Shown here one piece after another: positions 24,920-34,356 of a stretch of 64,000 bases of DNA. The position numbers and the translations under genes are program-made. The first letter of the stretch is position 1. Every line of letters starts with the position of its first letter. Source of the DNA: Burkholderiales bacterium (GTDB lineage Bacteria > Pseudomonadota > Gammaproteobacteria > Burkholderiales > Burkholderiaceae_B); the NCBI GenBank assembly GCA_021299735.1, contig JAJTEM010000016.1:63479-127478 (forward strand). The letters are read 5' to 3'. Below the pieces are notes generated by a model. The model was not told the origin of the DNA, did no database searches, and saw nothing but the letters and a program-made list of their open reading frames with translations.

Positions 24920-26272
24920 TTAGTTACCCGCTACTGTCATTGATTCAAGCAAAATACTGCCCACGTATTTGCCATCGCGCCAATAAGCGTCGTCGCCCAC
25001 GGCAACAATATTGCCTAACATGTCTTTTAAGTTACCGGCGATCGTTATTTCCTCAACCGGGTGAACAATAATGCCGTTTTCAACCCAATAACCAAAAGCA
25101 CCACGTGAATAATCGCCTGTGACTTCGTTCACGCCCTGCCCCATCATCTCGGTGACCAATAAACCAGTGCCCATGGTTTTCAGCAATGCATCAAGACCGC
25201 CTTGTACGGTTTTGCTTGAGCTGAGAATAATGTTGTGTGTACCACCCGCATTGCCGGTGGTTTCCAAGCCCAGTTTTCGTGCGGAGTAACTTGAAAGAAA
25301 ATAGCCATTACATACCCCTTTTTTAACTACAGTACGGGCTTTTACCTTTACACCCTCTTCATCGAAGGGGGAGCTGGCCTGAGCACCTGGAATGAACGGA
25401 TCTTCCTTGATGGTAATGTGTGGTGCCCACACCTGTTTACCCAACGAATTCAATAAAAAGCTGGTTTTACGGTATTGAGGTACACCCGAAACCGCCTGCA
25501 CGTAATGCCGAATCAAGCTGCTTGCAACAGGCGCTTCAAAGATAACAGGGTAGTTGCCCGTGGTAATTTGCCTTGACCCCAAACGGGCCAGCGCGCGCTG
25601 TGCAGCATAAGCCCCAATTTTTGCCGGTTTGGCCAAATTTTTGGCATTCCGGTCTGAGGAGTTCCAGTAATCGCGTTGCATTGGGCTATCTTTCGATTTC
25701 TTGGCCTGAGCAATCACCGAAACACCCAAAGAATGATCTGAGTAGAAGTACCCACCCCTAAAACCTTTACTGTTGGCCGCAAAAAAATGCCCTGACTCGG
25801 TTGAAACACTGGCGCCTTCAGAATTGCGTATGTGCTTGCTAACATCAAATGCAGCCTGCTCCATGGCCAAGCCCTTCTCAACCGCCTTCGCAACACTCAG
25901 GTTCCAGGGGTGGTAAAGGTCCAGGTCGCGGTGACGCTTGGCAAGGCTAGCCACATCGGGAAGGCCTGCAAATTTATCAGCCGCCGTGTATTTCGCGATG
26001 TCCAAGGCGGCGTGAACTGCAGAATCAATTGCAGACAGTGAAAAATCTGAGGACGATGCATTGCCGCGTTTATTTCGAACATAAACGCTGAGACTGATGT
26101 TTTTGTCCCGGGTGTGTTCAATGGTTTCAATTTTCCCCATGCGCACGCTGACCGATTGGCCTACCGCTTCACTGATGTCGACCGCACAATCGGTGGCCCC
26201 CAGTGATTTGGCTTTTTTCAATGCGTATTCGGTTAATTCCTGAAATGTCTCGGATTTAAAGCTAAAGCCCAT
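24920..26272 (-). CDS. pmbA: metalloprotease PmbA (TldE)
   Basis: The start is the internal ATG 26272 (MGFSFKSETFQEL...), which gives the canonical length of about 450 aa. The C-terminus ITIAGNLKDM...SILLESMTVAGN is PmbA-like. The 5' extension of the ORF overlaps yjgA. Confidence 0.93.
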   Translation of the reverse strand: MGFSFKSETFQELTEYALKKAKSLGATDCAVDISEAVGQSVSVRMGKIETIEHTRDKNISLSVYVRNKRGNASSSDFSLSAIDSAVHAALDIAKYTAADKFAGLPDVASLAKRHRDLDLYHPWNLSVAKAVEKGLAMEQAAFDVSKHIRNSEGASVSTESGHFFAANSKGFRGGYFYSDHSLGVSVIAQAKKSKDSPMQRDYWNSSDRNAKNLAKPAKIGAYAAQRALARLGSRQITTGNYPVIFEAPVASSLIRHYVQAVSGVPQYRKTSFLLNSLGKQVWAPHITIKEDPFIPGAQASSPFDEEGVKVKARTVVKKGVCNGYFLSSYSARKLGLETTGNAGGTHNIILSSSKTVQGGLDALLKTMGTGLLVTEMMGQGVNEVTGDYSRGAFGYWVENGIIVHPVEEITIAGNLKDMLGNIVAVGDDAYWRDGKYVGSILLESMTVAGN

Positions 26273-26299
26273 ATTGCCCTGCGAAAAAAGCTGCCAAAA

Positions 26300-26854
26300 A
26301 TGGCTAATATACAGCCCATGGAACCAGAAAACGAAAAACAGGGCGAGTTTGAAGAATATGATCGCCCCAGCAAGTCCTCGATTAAGCGAGACATGCTGGC
26401 CCTGCAAGATTTGGGCAAAACCTTGTGCGAAATGCCCTATGACAAAGTTAAACGGGCACCGATCGGCGAACGCCTGCTCATCGAGATCGCAGAATTTCAC
26501 AAATGCAAATCCTTTGGCGCAAAAAAACGCCAAATGCAATTCATCGGTAAATTAATGCGCGATGAAGAGCATGAGGAGATTCAGGCCTGGGTGAATGGCG
26601 AAACTGTTGAACAAAAACTGAAGGTGCTGCATTTGCATGCAGCCGAACAATGGCGCGACCGGTTAATTGAAGAACCAGGCCTATTGGCCACTTTTATTGA
26701 AAGCTACCCAGCCGCAGCACGTGAAAACCTGAACCCGATTATTCGGCAAGCAGTGCAAGAACGTGCCGCGAAAAAAGCGCCCCGAAATTTTCGGCAACTG
26801 TTTCAGATCATTTACCGCCTGATCGAAGAAAAAGCCCAGGAAGATGAAGCATGA
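26300..26854 (+). CDS. yjgA: ribosome-associated protein YjgA/DarP (DUF615)
   Basis: It carries PSKSSIKRDMLALQDLGKTL and RQMQFIGKLMR, is divergent from pmbA as in enterobacteria, and has an acidic tail. Confidence 0.88.
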   Translation: MANIQPMEPENEKQGEFEEYDRPSKSSIKRDMLALQDLGKTLCEMPYDKVKRAPIGERLLIEIAEFHKCKSFGAKKRQMQFIGKLMRDEEHEEIQAWVNGETVEQKLKVLHLHAAEQWRDRLIEEPGLLATFIESYPAAARENLNPIIRQAVQERAAKKAPRNFRQLFQIIYRLIEEKAQEDEA

Positions 26855-27471
26855 CATTTGACGCCGTAAAAATTGGTTTGGTGTCGGTGAGTGACCGTGC
26901 ATCCGCAGGTGTTTACCAAGACCAAGGCATTCCAAGCCTTAAAGCCTGGTTGCAAAACTCGCTTCTGAATCCAATTGAATTCGTTGAAATTTTAATTCCA
27001 GACGAACAGCCTGAAATTGAAAATGCCTTGAAAAAACTGGCGGATGAACACCACTGCAATTTGATTTGCACCACAGGTGGTACTGGCCCTGCCAAACGCG
27101 ACGTTACCCCTGAGGCAACCCTTGCAGTGGCGCACAAGGAAATGCCAGGTTTTGGCGAGCAAATGCGGCAAATCAGCCTTCATTTTGTGCCCACAGCTAT
27201 TTTGTCAAGGCAAGTGGCCGTTATTCGCGGTGAAAGCCTTATTTTGAATTTGCCAGGCCAACCCAAAGCGATTGCCGAAACACTGGAAGGTTTAAAAGAC
27301 AGCGAGGGCAACAGTTTGGTGAAAGGTATTTTTGCTGCGGTGCCCTATTGCATCGACCTGATCGGTGGCCCGTATATTGAAACCAATGAAGCCGTAATTA
27401 AGGTATTCCGGCCAAAATCGGCCTTGCGAAAGCTCAGTGAAAACAGGCCACCTGAAGGAAATATACTTTGA
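26851..27471 (+). CDS. mog: molybdopterin adenylyltransferase Mog
   Basis: It is an MoaB/Mog fold protein with the TTGGTGPAKRD motif. Its start overlaps the yjgA stop (ATGA). Confidence 0.9.
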   Translation: MTFDAVKIGLVSVSDRASAGVYQDQGIPSLKAWLQNSLLNPIEFVEILIPDEQPEIENALKKLADEHHCNLICTTGGTGPAKRDVTPEATLAVAHKEMPGFGEQMRQISLHFVPTAILSRQVAVIRGESLILNLPGQPKAIAETLEGLKDSEGNSLVKGIFAAVPYCIDLIGGPYIETNEAVIKVFRPKSALRKLSENRPPEGNIL

Positions 27472-27473
27472 GT

Positions 27474-28139
27474 ATGCAATCGAACATAGAATGCGTTGTT
27501 GTTGAAACCGGCCCTAACCCCACTGGCTGTGTAATTTGGTTGCATGGCTTGGGCGCTGATGGCTACGACTTCGTGCCCATCGTGAAAGAACTTGAACAAT
27601 TGGGTTTGCCAAACACTCGCTTCGTGTTTCCTCACGCGCCGAAAATTCCCGTCAGCATCAACGGCGGTTATGTAATGCGGGCTTGGTACGACATCAAAAA
27701 TGTCGACTTGCAACGCCAAGAAGATGAAGGTGGCATTCGGCAAAGCCAGGCCACCATTAAACAGCTGATTGATGACCAAATTAATCTTGGTTTTGCGCCT
27801 GAAAAAATTGTACTGGCCGGTTTTTCGCAAGGTGGTGCAATTACCTACCAGGCGGGCTTGCGAGGCAACCACAAACTGGCGGGCTTAATTGCCTTGTCCA
27901 CTTATCTGCCCTGTGAAAACACACTGGATACTGAGCTTAAGCCGGCAAACTTGGGTATTCCGGTACTGGCCGCACATGGCGAACAAGACAACATTGTGCT
28001 GATTGAGCGCGGAGAGAAGGCTGTGAATCTGCTAAAGGCCAAAGGTGTAGATGTTCAATGGCACACCTACCCCATGGCCCACTCGGTTTGTGGTGAGGAA
28101 GTTGTTGAAATTGCCAGTTTTTTGAAGCGTGTACTTTGA
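27474..28139 (+). CDS. carboxylesterase/phospholipase-type alpha/beta hydrolase
   Basis: It has the GFSQGG nucleophile elbow and the Abhydrolase_2 layout. The start is either ATG 27474 or TTG 27468, which overlaps the mog stop. Confidence 0.85.
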   Translation: MQSNIECVVVETGPNPTGCVIWLHGLGADGYDFVPIVKELEQLGLPNTRFVFPHAPKIPVSINGGYVMRAWYDIKNVDLQRQEDEGGIRQSQATIKQLIDDQINLGFAPEKIVLAGFSQGGAITYQAGLRGNHKLAGLIALSTYLPCENTLDTELKPANLGIPVLAAHGEQDNIVLIERGEKAVNLLKAKGVDVQWHTYPMAHSVCGEEVVEIASFLKRVL

Positions 28140-28210
28140 AATTTTTACTGTATATAAAAACAGCTTTTGGGTTTATACTTGCAAATAAAGACAACCATGC
28201 AGGTGTAATT

Positions 28211-28465
28211 ATGCCAACGCAAGCACAACAACAAATTTCAATTACTGAGCTGGAACGCGCAATCAATTACTGGCGCTCGAAACACCCCTCATCCCGGGAA
28301 ACCATGACCCTGTGCCCGCAGGCCTCTTGCTTGGCCGAGCTTTATGCTCGCATGATCGTTTTCCAAACACACAATATTTCAATCGCAGAATTCTCTGTAA
28401 AAGCAAAAAAAGCGTTTCTTGATGCTGAGCAGGCTTTTACAGGTCAACAAAACAAAGCAGCTTGA
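28211..28465 (+). CDS. small conserved protein, DUF3717-like
   Basis: The start is the internal ATG 28211, preceded by AGGTG. The 84-aa product contains ISITELERAINYWRSKHP. The family assignment is from memory. Confidence 0.5.
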   Translation: MPTQAQQQISITELERAINYWRSKHPSSRETMTLCPQASCLAELYARMIVFQTHNISIAEFSVKAKKAFLDAEQAFTGQQNKAA

Positions 28466-28484
28466 ATAAAAACATCCCTGTTAC

Positions 28485-29699
28485 TTAATTCGCGCGGTTT
28501 AGCAACAAATAAGCCGCGCTCCACAATTGGCTTGAAACAGGCGCGTTACACGGCCCTTTCAGCTGGCTAATTTGCCAAGCCTTGGCACCTACCCGCCTCA
28601 GTTCAAGCGTGCCGCGCTGTGGGCTGTGGCCTTTGATCTGCAAATGAAAAATACAAACATCGCCAGCCATGCAGCGATCAATGTAAGAAGGCACGCAATG
28701 GTGCATTTTTTTGGCTTCGCTTAGCAAAGCATTCAAAGAATTCAATTCAATAAATTCAATGTTATCACCCAGCTTGCCCATCCCCAGAATTTCAGGCCAA
28801 AACACATTCTGACGACCAAAATCGACATCGAGTTCGACCAGATGCCAGTGCGCCTGGCGAGCCATCAAAGTGTCGTATGTCCAGTTTCTGGAAATGACCA
28901 AGGGGCGTTTTCTTGTACTCGCAGCGCTGCCTAACAGCCAGTCCGCGATCAGCGGAAACTCCTCCAGTTCCAACTCTTTTCGATGCTCCAGTTTTATATT
29001 GCTCTCGCGACGCTGTAAGGCAAGCCGCGTTCCTCGCAAAATATTCAATGCAGCAACTGTGCCCAAATTCTCGTGATTGCGCCTAAGCCAGGTACTCAAA
29101 CCACCGAAGCCCATCAAAGCTGCCGTTTGTTTGTCAACCCAGGAAATCGGGATATTTCTATTTAATGCAGCGTGAAAATTTACCCAACTCAAGTGGCTTA
29201 ATTGCCCCCAATTAATTCGGGCAATGTAGGCGGTTGTTTGATGTGTTAACCAACGCCAAGTTTGCTGGCTTAGGCCTTGTGCCAACATTCTGTTTTTAAC
29301 AAGTTGCCAATTCGGCAAATTGCTCCACATGCCTCGGTCTTGGGCCAACAAAGGCGCCAAGGAAGGGTTTTCGCCAAGCCTGGCGTGAAGCACTGTTTTA
29401 AATGCAGCCACCTGGCTTAAATCAAGCAGGGTGGTGTGTTTGGGAATAATTCGAAGGGCCAGCTTGAAAACATCGGCACCGTAACGCTTGCGAATAGCGC
29501 TGGTCCAGGCACGCTGAATGTCGTTCAGGCTGGCTGCTTCAAGCGGAAAATCCAGGCGGGATTCAAGCAAACATTCAGGCACCTGAATACTGGGTGGCGC
29601 TTGCCACACAGAACGCATTAAATCCGATTTCAGATTCCATGCCGCTTCGTCCGACAACACCACACGGCAAGACTCGGCAAGTTTGACACGCGCTTTCAT
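28485..29699 (-). CDS. PcfJ-like domain protein of unknown function
   Basis: The C-terminus EAKKMHHCVPSYIDRCMAGDVCIFHLQ...GTLELRR...WQISQLKGPCN matches my recollection of the PcfJ-like HC..Y...C..G motif block. The start is uncertain: ATG 29699 avoids overlap with the divergent crotonase gene, but the ORF is open to 29927. Confidence 0.6.
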   Translation of the reverse strand: MKARVKLAESCRVVLSDEAAWNLKSDLMRSVWQAPPSIQVPECLLESRLDFPLEAASLNDIQRAWTSAIRKRYGADVFKLALRIIPKHTTLLDLSQVAAFKTVLHARLGENPSLAPLLAQDRGMWSNLPNWQLVKNRMLAQGLSQQTWRWLTHQTTAYIARINWGQLSHLSWVNFHAALNRNIPISWVDKQTAALMGFGGLSTWLRRNHENLGTVAALNILRGTRLALQRRESNIKLEHRKELELEEFPLIADWLLGSAASTRKRPLVISRNWTYDTLMARQAHWHLVELDVDFGRQNVFWPEILGMGKLGDNIEFIELNSLNALLSEAKKMHHCVPSYIDRCMAGDVCIFHLQIKGHSPQRGTLELRRVGAKAWQISQLKGPCNAPVSSQLWSAAYLLLNRAN

Positions 29700-29814
29700 G
29701 CCCCACTCAAAATAAAGCCCGGTCCGGGTGCTCACAAAACGCGCAGGCAGCCGCAGCGACATAACTCGCGGTATGCTGGTGGCTGTGTTCAATTCAAAAT
29801 CTAACAAAGGGCGC

Positions 29815-30618
29815 ATGATGGACAACAAGACAGAAGAACCCGTCAATATCGAGATATTACAGCAAGGCGAGATCTGGAAAATTTCAATTAATCGACCCGA
29901 AGCACGCAATTGCGTCGATCGATACACTGCCGACCAATTGGAAAAAGCTTTTCATTCGTTCGAGACGAATGCGGTGGCACGGGTGGCAATCCTCACTGGT
30001 GAAGGCGGTAATTTTTGCGCAGGTGCTGATTTGAAAGCAGTGGCATCCGGCGATCCCAGCCGCGTAAACCGCCTGGAAAGACACGGCGCAGGCCCCATGG
30101 GCATTAGCCGCATGGAATTAAGCAAACCAGTGATTGCGGCAGTATCAGGCTATTGCGTGGCAGGCGGGCTTGAACTGGCTGCATGGTGCGACCTTCGGGT
30201 GGCCGACAACACCACCGTATTTGGTGTTTTTTGCAGGCGTTTCGGTGTGCCATTGATTGACGGGGGAACGGTGCGTTTGCCACGCTTGATTGGGCAAAGC
30301 CGCGCGATGGACATGATCTTGACCGGACGCCCTGTTGATGCTGAGGAGGCGTTTTCATGGGGCCTGGCCAACCGGTTTGAGAAGGAACGAACAGCGCTGG
30401 AAGGTGCAATTGAATTGGCCAGCCTGTTGAGCAAACACCCACAAACCTGCATGCGCAACGACAGGCAAAGCGTGCTGACCCAGTGGGGCTTTGGTGAACG
30501 AGAAGCGCTGGAGGAAGAATTTGAGTTTGGGTTAAACACCCTGACTTCAGGCGAAACAGTTCAAGGGGCAACTGCTTTTAAAGAAGGTTTGGGCCGACAT
30601 GGCGAAACCATACAGTAA
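29815..30618 (+). CDS. enoyl-CoA hydratase/isomerase (crotonase) family protein
   Basis: The start is ATG 29815, preceded by AAAGGG. The sequence contains GEGGNFCAGADLK and AAVSGYCVAGGLELA. Confidence 0.9.
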   Translation: MMDNKTEEPVNIEILQQGEIWKISINRPEARNCVDRYTADQLEKAFHSFETNAVARVAILTGEGGNFCAGADLKAVASGDPSRVNRLERHGAGPMGISRMELSKPVIAAVSGYCVAGGLELAAWCDLRVADNTTVFGVFCRRFGVPLIDGGTVRLPRLIGQSRAMDMILTGRPVDAEEAFSWGLANRFEKERTALEGAIELASLLSKHPQTCMRNDRQSVLTQWGFGEREALEEEFEFGLNTLTSGETVQGATAFKEGLGRHGETIQ

Positions 30619-30625
30619 ATACAGC

Positions 30626-31165
30626 CTAGTCCAATTTGAACATAACGCCAATTTGTGCAGTGTTGGTATCTCGGCGCGGGTTACTTGGGGTTGAATCAGT
30701 GATGGACTCAATCCCGACAAACCAATTTGCCAAACCACCGCGATTAGTGAGCAAATACAAACCCTCTCCCTCACCGTTCATGGTCGCTTTCGAGAGGCGA
30801 CCAGGTGTGTAAACAAGGCTCAAATTTTCCTGCAGTGAGAGCTGCACGCCGCCATAAATTGCCTTAATTGATGACGCAGGCTTTTCCTCAGACACTGACA
30901 AAGTTGTTTTGGTTGGTATTTGATTGGCCTCTTGAGCCACTGTATCGTCAACCTCGACGCCTTTGAAAAAATTGATTTTCCCCAACAGGCTTGTTTTTGG
31001 CTTTTCCTGATCAATGGCGTAATTGGAGGCCGCTGCGCGATAGCCAAGCTTGCCGCTCATTTTCAATCCAAGCGGTTCAGCTGCGCTTGCGCTTTGCGCA
31101 TAAATACAAACCAACATCAGAATGGGTGCCATTAAAACCGGGGGTTTTAAACCGATCAATGCCAT
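30626..31165 (-). CDS. secreted hypothetical protein (signal peptide), possibly a small outer-membrane protein
   Basis: The signal peptide is ...MAPILMLVCIYAQSASA/AEP. The 179-aa product has alternating beta-like segments and ends ...IGVMFKLD. I see no family match. Confidence 0.55.
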   Translation of the reverse strand: MALIGLKPPVLMAPILMLVCIYAQSASAAEPLGLKMSGKLGYRAAASNYAIDQEKPKTSLLGKINFFKGVEVDDTVAQEANQIPTKTTLSVSEEKPASSIKAIYGGVQLSLQENLSLVYTPGRLSKATMNGEGEGLYLLTNRGGLANWFVGIESITDSTPSNPRRDTNTAQIGVMFKLD

Positions 31166-31443
31166 AAAACACCCCCCTCATAGAAAGTTACTTACTTCTT
31201 GTAGCAATTACCCTTAGTATCAAACAACCCGTAAAGATGACCAGCACCATTCCGGGTTGCCTATTTTTAGTTAGAACAATCAATGAATGCCACTGCACCG
31301 GTTTTAGAGTGTCTCGCCTATTTCGATACTCGAAAGTAACATTTTTGCACTTTGGTGATACACTAAAATGACTACATAAAAGTCACTACTTCGAGTTAAC
31401 ACTCCTTGCAAGTGCGCTAGCCAAAATACCGGAGACAACCACC

Positions 31444-32937
31444 ATGCATTCTTCTGCCCGAGGGACAGACTCCCTTTTCCCGTTTGCCTGCCTGGCAACT
31501 GCCACCTTGATTGCCATCGGCTACAGCGGATACGCCCAGGCGGGAGGTACAGCATTTGATGCGACCAGCATCAGTGCCATGGGAAATGCATCGGCCGGAC
31601 AAGCAGCAGAGGCCGGCGATGCATCGGTGTTGTTTGCCAACCCTGCAGCTTTAACCCGGTTTAAACGCGCTGAACTCACCCAGGGCGCGGCGATTATCTC
31701 GATAGGAACAGACTACACATCGACACAAAATAATGATGGTGCCGGGTCAGGCGCGCCTCAAGGTCAAAACGGTCAGGTATTTAGCCGACGTGACGGATCA
31801 GACGCGGCTGCGCTGGCCCCCAATCTGTTTATTGCAATTCCTGTGAATGAAAAGCTGGTGATGGGTTTCAGCGCATCAGCCTCGCATGGGCTGGTGGTAC
31901 GTTACGATGAAAACTTTCCAGGGCGCAATCAAGGACGGGACATTGATTTTAAGGTCACCCGCTTAAACCTGGGTTTTGGCTACAAGCTTAGCCCCACCTT
32001 ATCATGGGGTATGAATGGGTCGTATGAACGGTATTTTCAATCAATCAAGCTAAAGTTGAATTACCGGGAGGCTGTTGCTGACATCGTGGAGCGTGATTGC
32101 GAATCACCTTTGGGATTGCCTTGCGTGTTAACCCCCGATTTGGCCAATGGCATACTTCAAACGCCCGAGGGTGAAGCCAACGGCAGCCTGAGAATGTTTG
32201 GCTGGGCATTCAATGCCCAAGTGGGAGGCTTATGGGAACCCACCGAAAATACCCGAGTAGGCGTTTCTTATCGTCCCAAAACGCGATTTACCGGGAATCG
32301 TGGCAAGTTCAAACTTGAAGACCCTAATTTGCAGGCATTTCGTGACAGCTTGGTAAACAATGCCGGAACAGCACAACTTCAAGGCATCGATACGATTCAG
32401 GCTGCGCAGGACTTGGCGCCCGAGCAAGTAATCAAGCAAGACATCACCCTGCCAGATGAACTGCGAATTTCAGTGTTTCACCATGCCACTCCCAAACTGG
32501 ATTTAATGGCCACTTACACTCGCCAGGATTTCTCGGTAACCAAATTAAATTTCGAACGTGAAAGCAATGGACGAACATTGGAAAATATTCCACAAAACTT
32601 TGTAGCAGCGGAATCGTACAGAGTTGGATTGAATTACAAGTTATACAAAAGGCTCACGCTGCGTGCTGGCTACGCAGTGGAAAACAGCGTAATCGACGAT
32701 GCAACCCGAATTACCATCTTGCCCGACAGTGATCGTCAATATTTCGCGTTTGGCGGTCAGTTTGACGTAAGCCGCGACACCAGCATTTATTTCGCCTATC
32801 AAAAACTGGACACCACCCCTGCACCCGTTGGCAACAATGACGGCATTCGACCTGAAGAAGTTCGCGGTGGCGACTTCAAAGGGAATGTACAGCTAGACAC
32901 CCACTTCTTGGGCATTGGCATTACAGAGCGGTTTTGA
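31444..32937 (+). CDS. fadL: FadL/OmpP1/TodX-family outer-membrane transporter for hydrophobic compounds
   Basis: It has a signal peptide, the N-terminal hatch motif GNASAGQAAEAGDASVLFANPAAL and a C-terminal aromatic residue (...ITERF). Confidence 0.88.
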   Translation: MHSSARGTDSLFPFACLATATLIAIGYSGYAQAGGTAFDATSISAMGNASAGQAAEAGDASVLFANPAALTRFKRAELTQGAAIISIGTDYTSTQNNDGAGSGAPQGQNGQVFSRRDGSDAAALAPNLFIAIPVNEKLVMGFSASASHGLVVRYDENFPGRNQGRDIDFKVTRLNLGFGYKLSPTLSWGMNGSYERYFQSIKLKLNYREAVADIVERDCESPLGLPCVLTPDLANGILQTPEGEANGSLRMFGWAFNAQVGGLWEPTENTRVGVSYRPKTRFTGNRGKFKLEDPNLQAFRDSLVNNAGTAQLQGIDTIQAAQDLAPEQVIKQDITLPDELRISVFHHATPKLDLMATYTRQDFSVTKLNFERESNGRTLENIPQNFVAAESYRVGLNYKLYKRLTLRAGYAVENSVIDDATRITILPDSDRQYFAFGGQFDVSRDTSIYFAYQKLDTTPAPVGNNDGIRPEEVRGGDFKGNVQLDTHFLGIGITERF

Positions 32938-34356
32938 TTACGACTGCACACCGAGCGCGCGGAACAACCCGGCAATCAGAGTCGCATAATTGGTTTGTTC
33001 TGTCGCCAAAGCCTGTTCGGCATTGGCATAAACCCGCTGTGCATCCACCACGTCGAGGAAACTTACCAAGCCCAATTGATAGAGGGCATCAGCTTGCTCA
33101 AAACTGCGTTTACTGGATACGACCGCTTTACCCAGCGCAGTTTGCCGGTGGGCGGAGGAATCAATCGCAGTCAGCGAATTTTCAACCTCTTGAATCACCA
33201 CCCGCAGCACCTGTTCATATTCGGCCAAGGCCTCTTCAGCGCGGGCTAAAGCCGCGTTTAAACGAGCGTCTCGAGCTCCACCATCGTACACAACCTGATT
33301 CAACAAGGCGGCCAAGGATCCGATTACCAAGCTGGTTGCTGGGTTTGAATTGATGGCAGTACTGCCAATTTGAATATTCGCCATCAATTCAATGCTTGGG
33401 TAGAAATCTGCCTGTGCCACACCCACTTCGGCAGCAGCCCGCGCAAACCGGGCCTGCGCCAATTGAACATCCGGGCGGGCTTGAATCACCTGAAAAGGCA
33501 CACTGAGCGGAATGGCCAAACCATAGCCCGGTAAATCGCCATCGGGTTTGAGCAATTGTTCATAGGCCCCAGGAAACTGGCCACTCAAAGTAGCCAAACG
33601 GTGGCGGGAGTCTTGTAAAGCCTGTTGCAAAGGTGCAATGCTGGCCCGCAGGGTCTCAACAGAAGTTTCCGCCCGACGAACATCCAGTTCGGGCGACAAA
33701 CCACTTTCAAACCGCGCCTGAACAATTGCCAGGGTTTTTTCTTGCAGCTCAACCGATTCACGCAACATCGCCAATTGTTTTTGATTACCAAGCAAACTCA
33801 AATACTCTTGGGCCACCGCCGTACTGGTTTGAATAATTTGTGCGCGCAAACCGGCCTGCTCCACCAGTAAATTGGCGGCCGCTGCACGCACCTCTTGCTC
33901 AACTCGACCCGCCAAATCGATGGGTAAGGTAAAACCGAACCCCAACGAGGTTCTTCGCTCATTCCTCGGGTTGTTGCTGGCGGTGTTGTTATTTCGGTCC
34001 GACTGCTGTGCACTTACCTCTGCATCGAGCTCAACCAGCAAAGAATCCCCCACTTCACTCAGCTCTAGCAGTGCACGCGCCTCTTTCACACGAGCAGCCG
34101 CTGCAACAATTTGAAAATTGTTTTGAATGCTTGTACTCACCAACTGGTTCAAAACAGGGTCGTTAAAGCCTTCCCACCAACGTACTCCGGCCACTCCTAC
34201 ATCCTTTGTACTACCCAGGCTTTCAAGAATATTTTGCCCAACAAATTGTCGCGGTGGTTTTGTTTCAGTTTTGGGTAACGCAGGCGCATTGGCAGCACAT
34301 GCCGACAATAAGGCAAGGGAGAAAACGATACCGATCGGCCATACAGTGCGGTTCAT
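32938..34356 (-). CDS. RND efflux outer-membrane factor lipoprotein (NodT family)
   Basis: It has the lipobox LALLSAC and two OEP repeats. It is the last gene of the MFP-RND-OMF operon, with a 4-bp overlap with the RND gene. Confidence 0.92.
   Translation of the reverse strand: MNRTVWPIGIVFSLALLSACAANAPALPKTETKPPRQFVGQNILESLGSTKDVGVAGVRWWEGFNDPVLNQLVSTSIQNNFQIVAAAARVKEARALLELSEVGDSLLVELDAEVSAQQSDRNNNTASNNPRNERRTSLGFGFTLPIDLAGRVEQEVRAAAANLLVEQAGLRAQIIQTSTAVAQEYLSLLGNQKQLAMLRESVELQEKTLAIVQARFESGLSPELDVRRAETSVETLRASIAPLQQALQDSRHRLATLSGQFPGAYEQLLKPDGDLPGYGLAIPLSVPFQVIQARPDVQLAQARFARAAAEVGVAQADFYPSIELMANIQIGSTAINSNPATSLVIGSLAALLNQVVYDGGARDARLNAALARAEEALAEYEQVLRVVIQEVENSLTAIDSSAHRQTALGKAVVSSKRSFEQADALYQLGLVSFLDVVDAQRVYANAEQALATEQTNYATLIAGLFRALGVQS

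Noticed and set aside
26273-26539. An 89-codon 5' extension of the pmbA ORF. Analogous extensions occur for lolA (5116-5322), the Smr gene (8533-8631), the GNAT gene (12171-12308), the first orphan gene (1153-1248) and the PcfJ-like gene (29700-29927).
   Set aside because: The extensions overlap neighbouring genes and encode implausible sequence. Internal starts reproduce the canonical N-termini and lengths.
32935-32940. The fadL-like stop and the OMF gene stop abut with zero spacing (convergent).
   Set aside because: It is a curiosity, since it leaves no room for terminators. Tight convergent packing is common, and nothing else suggests a function.
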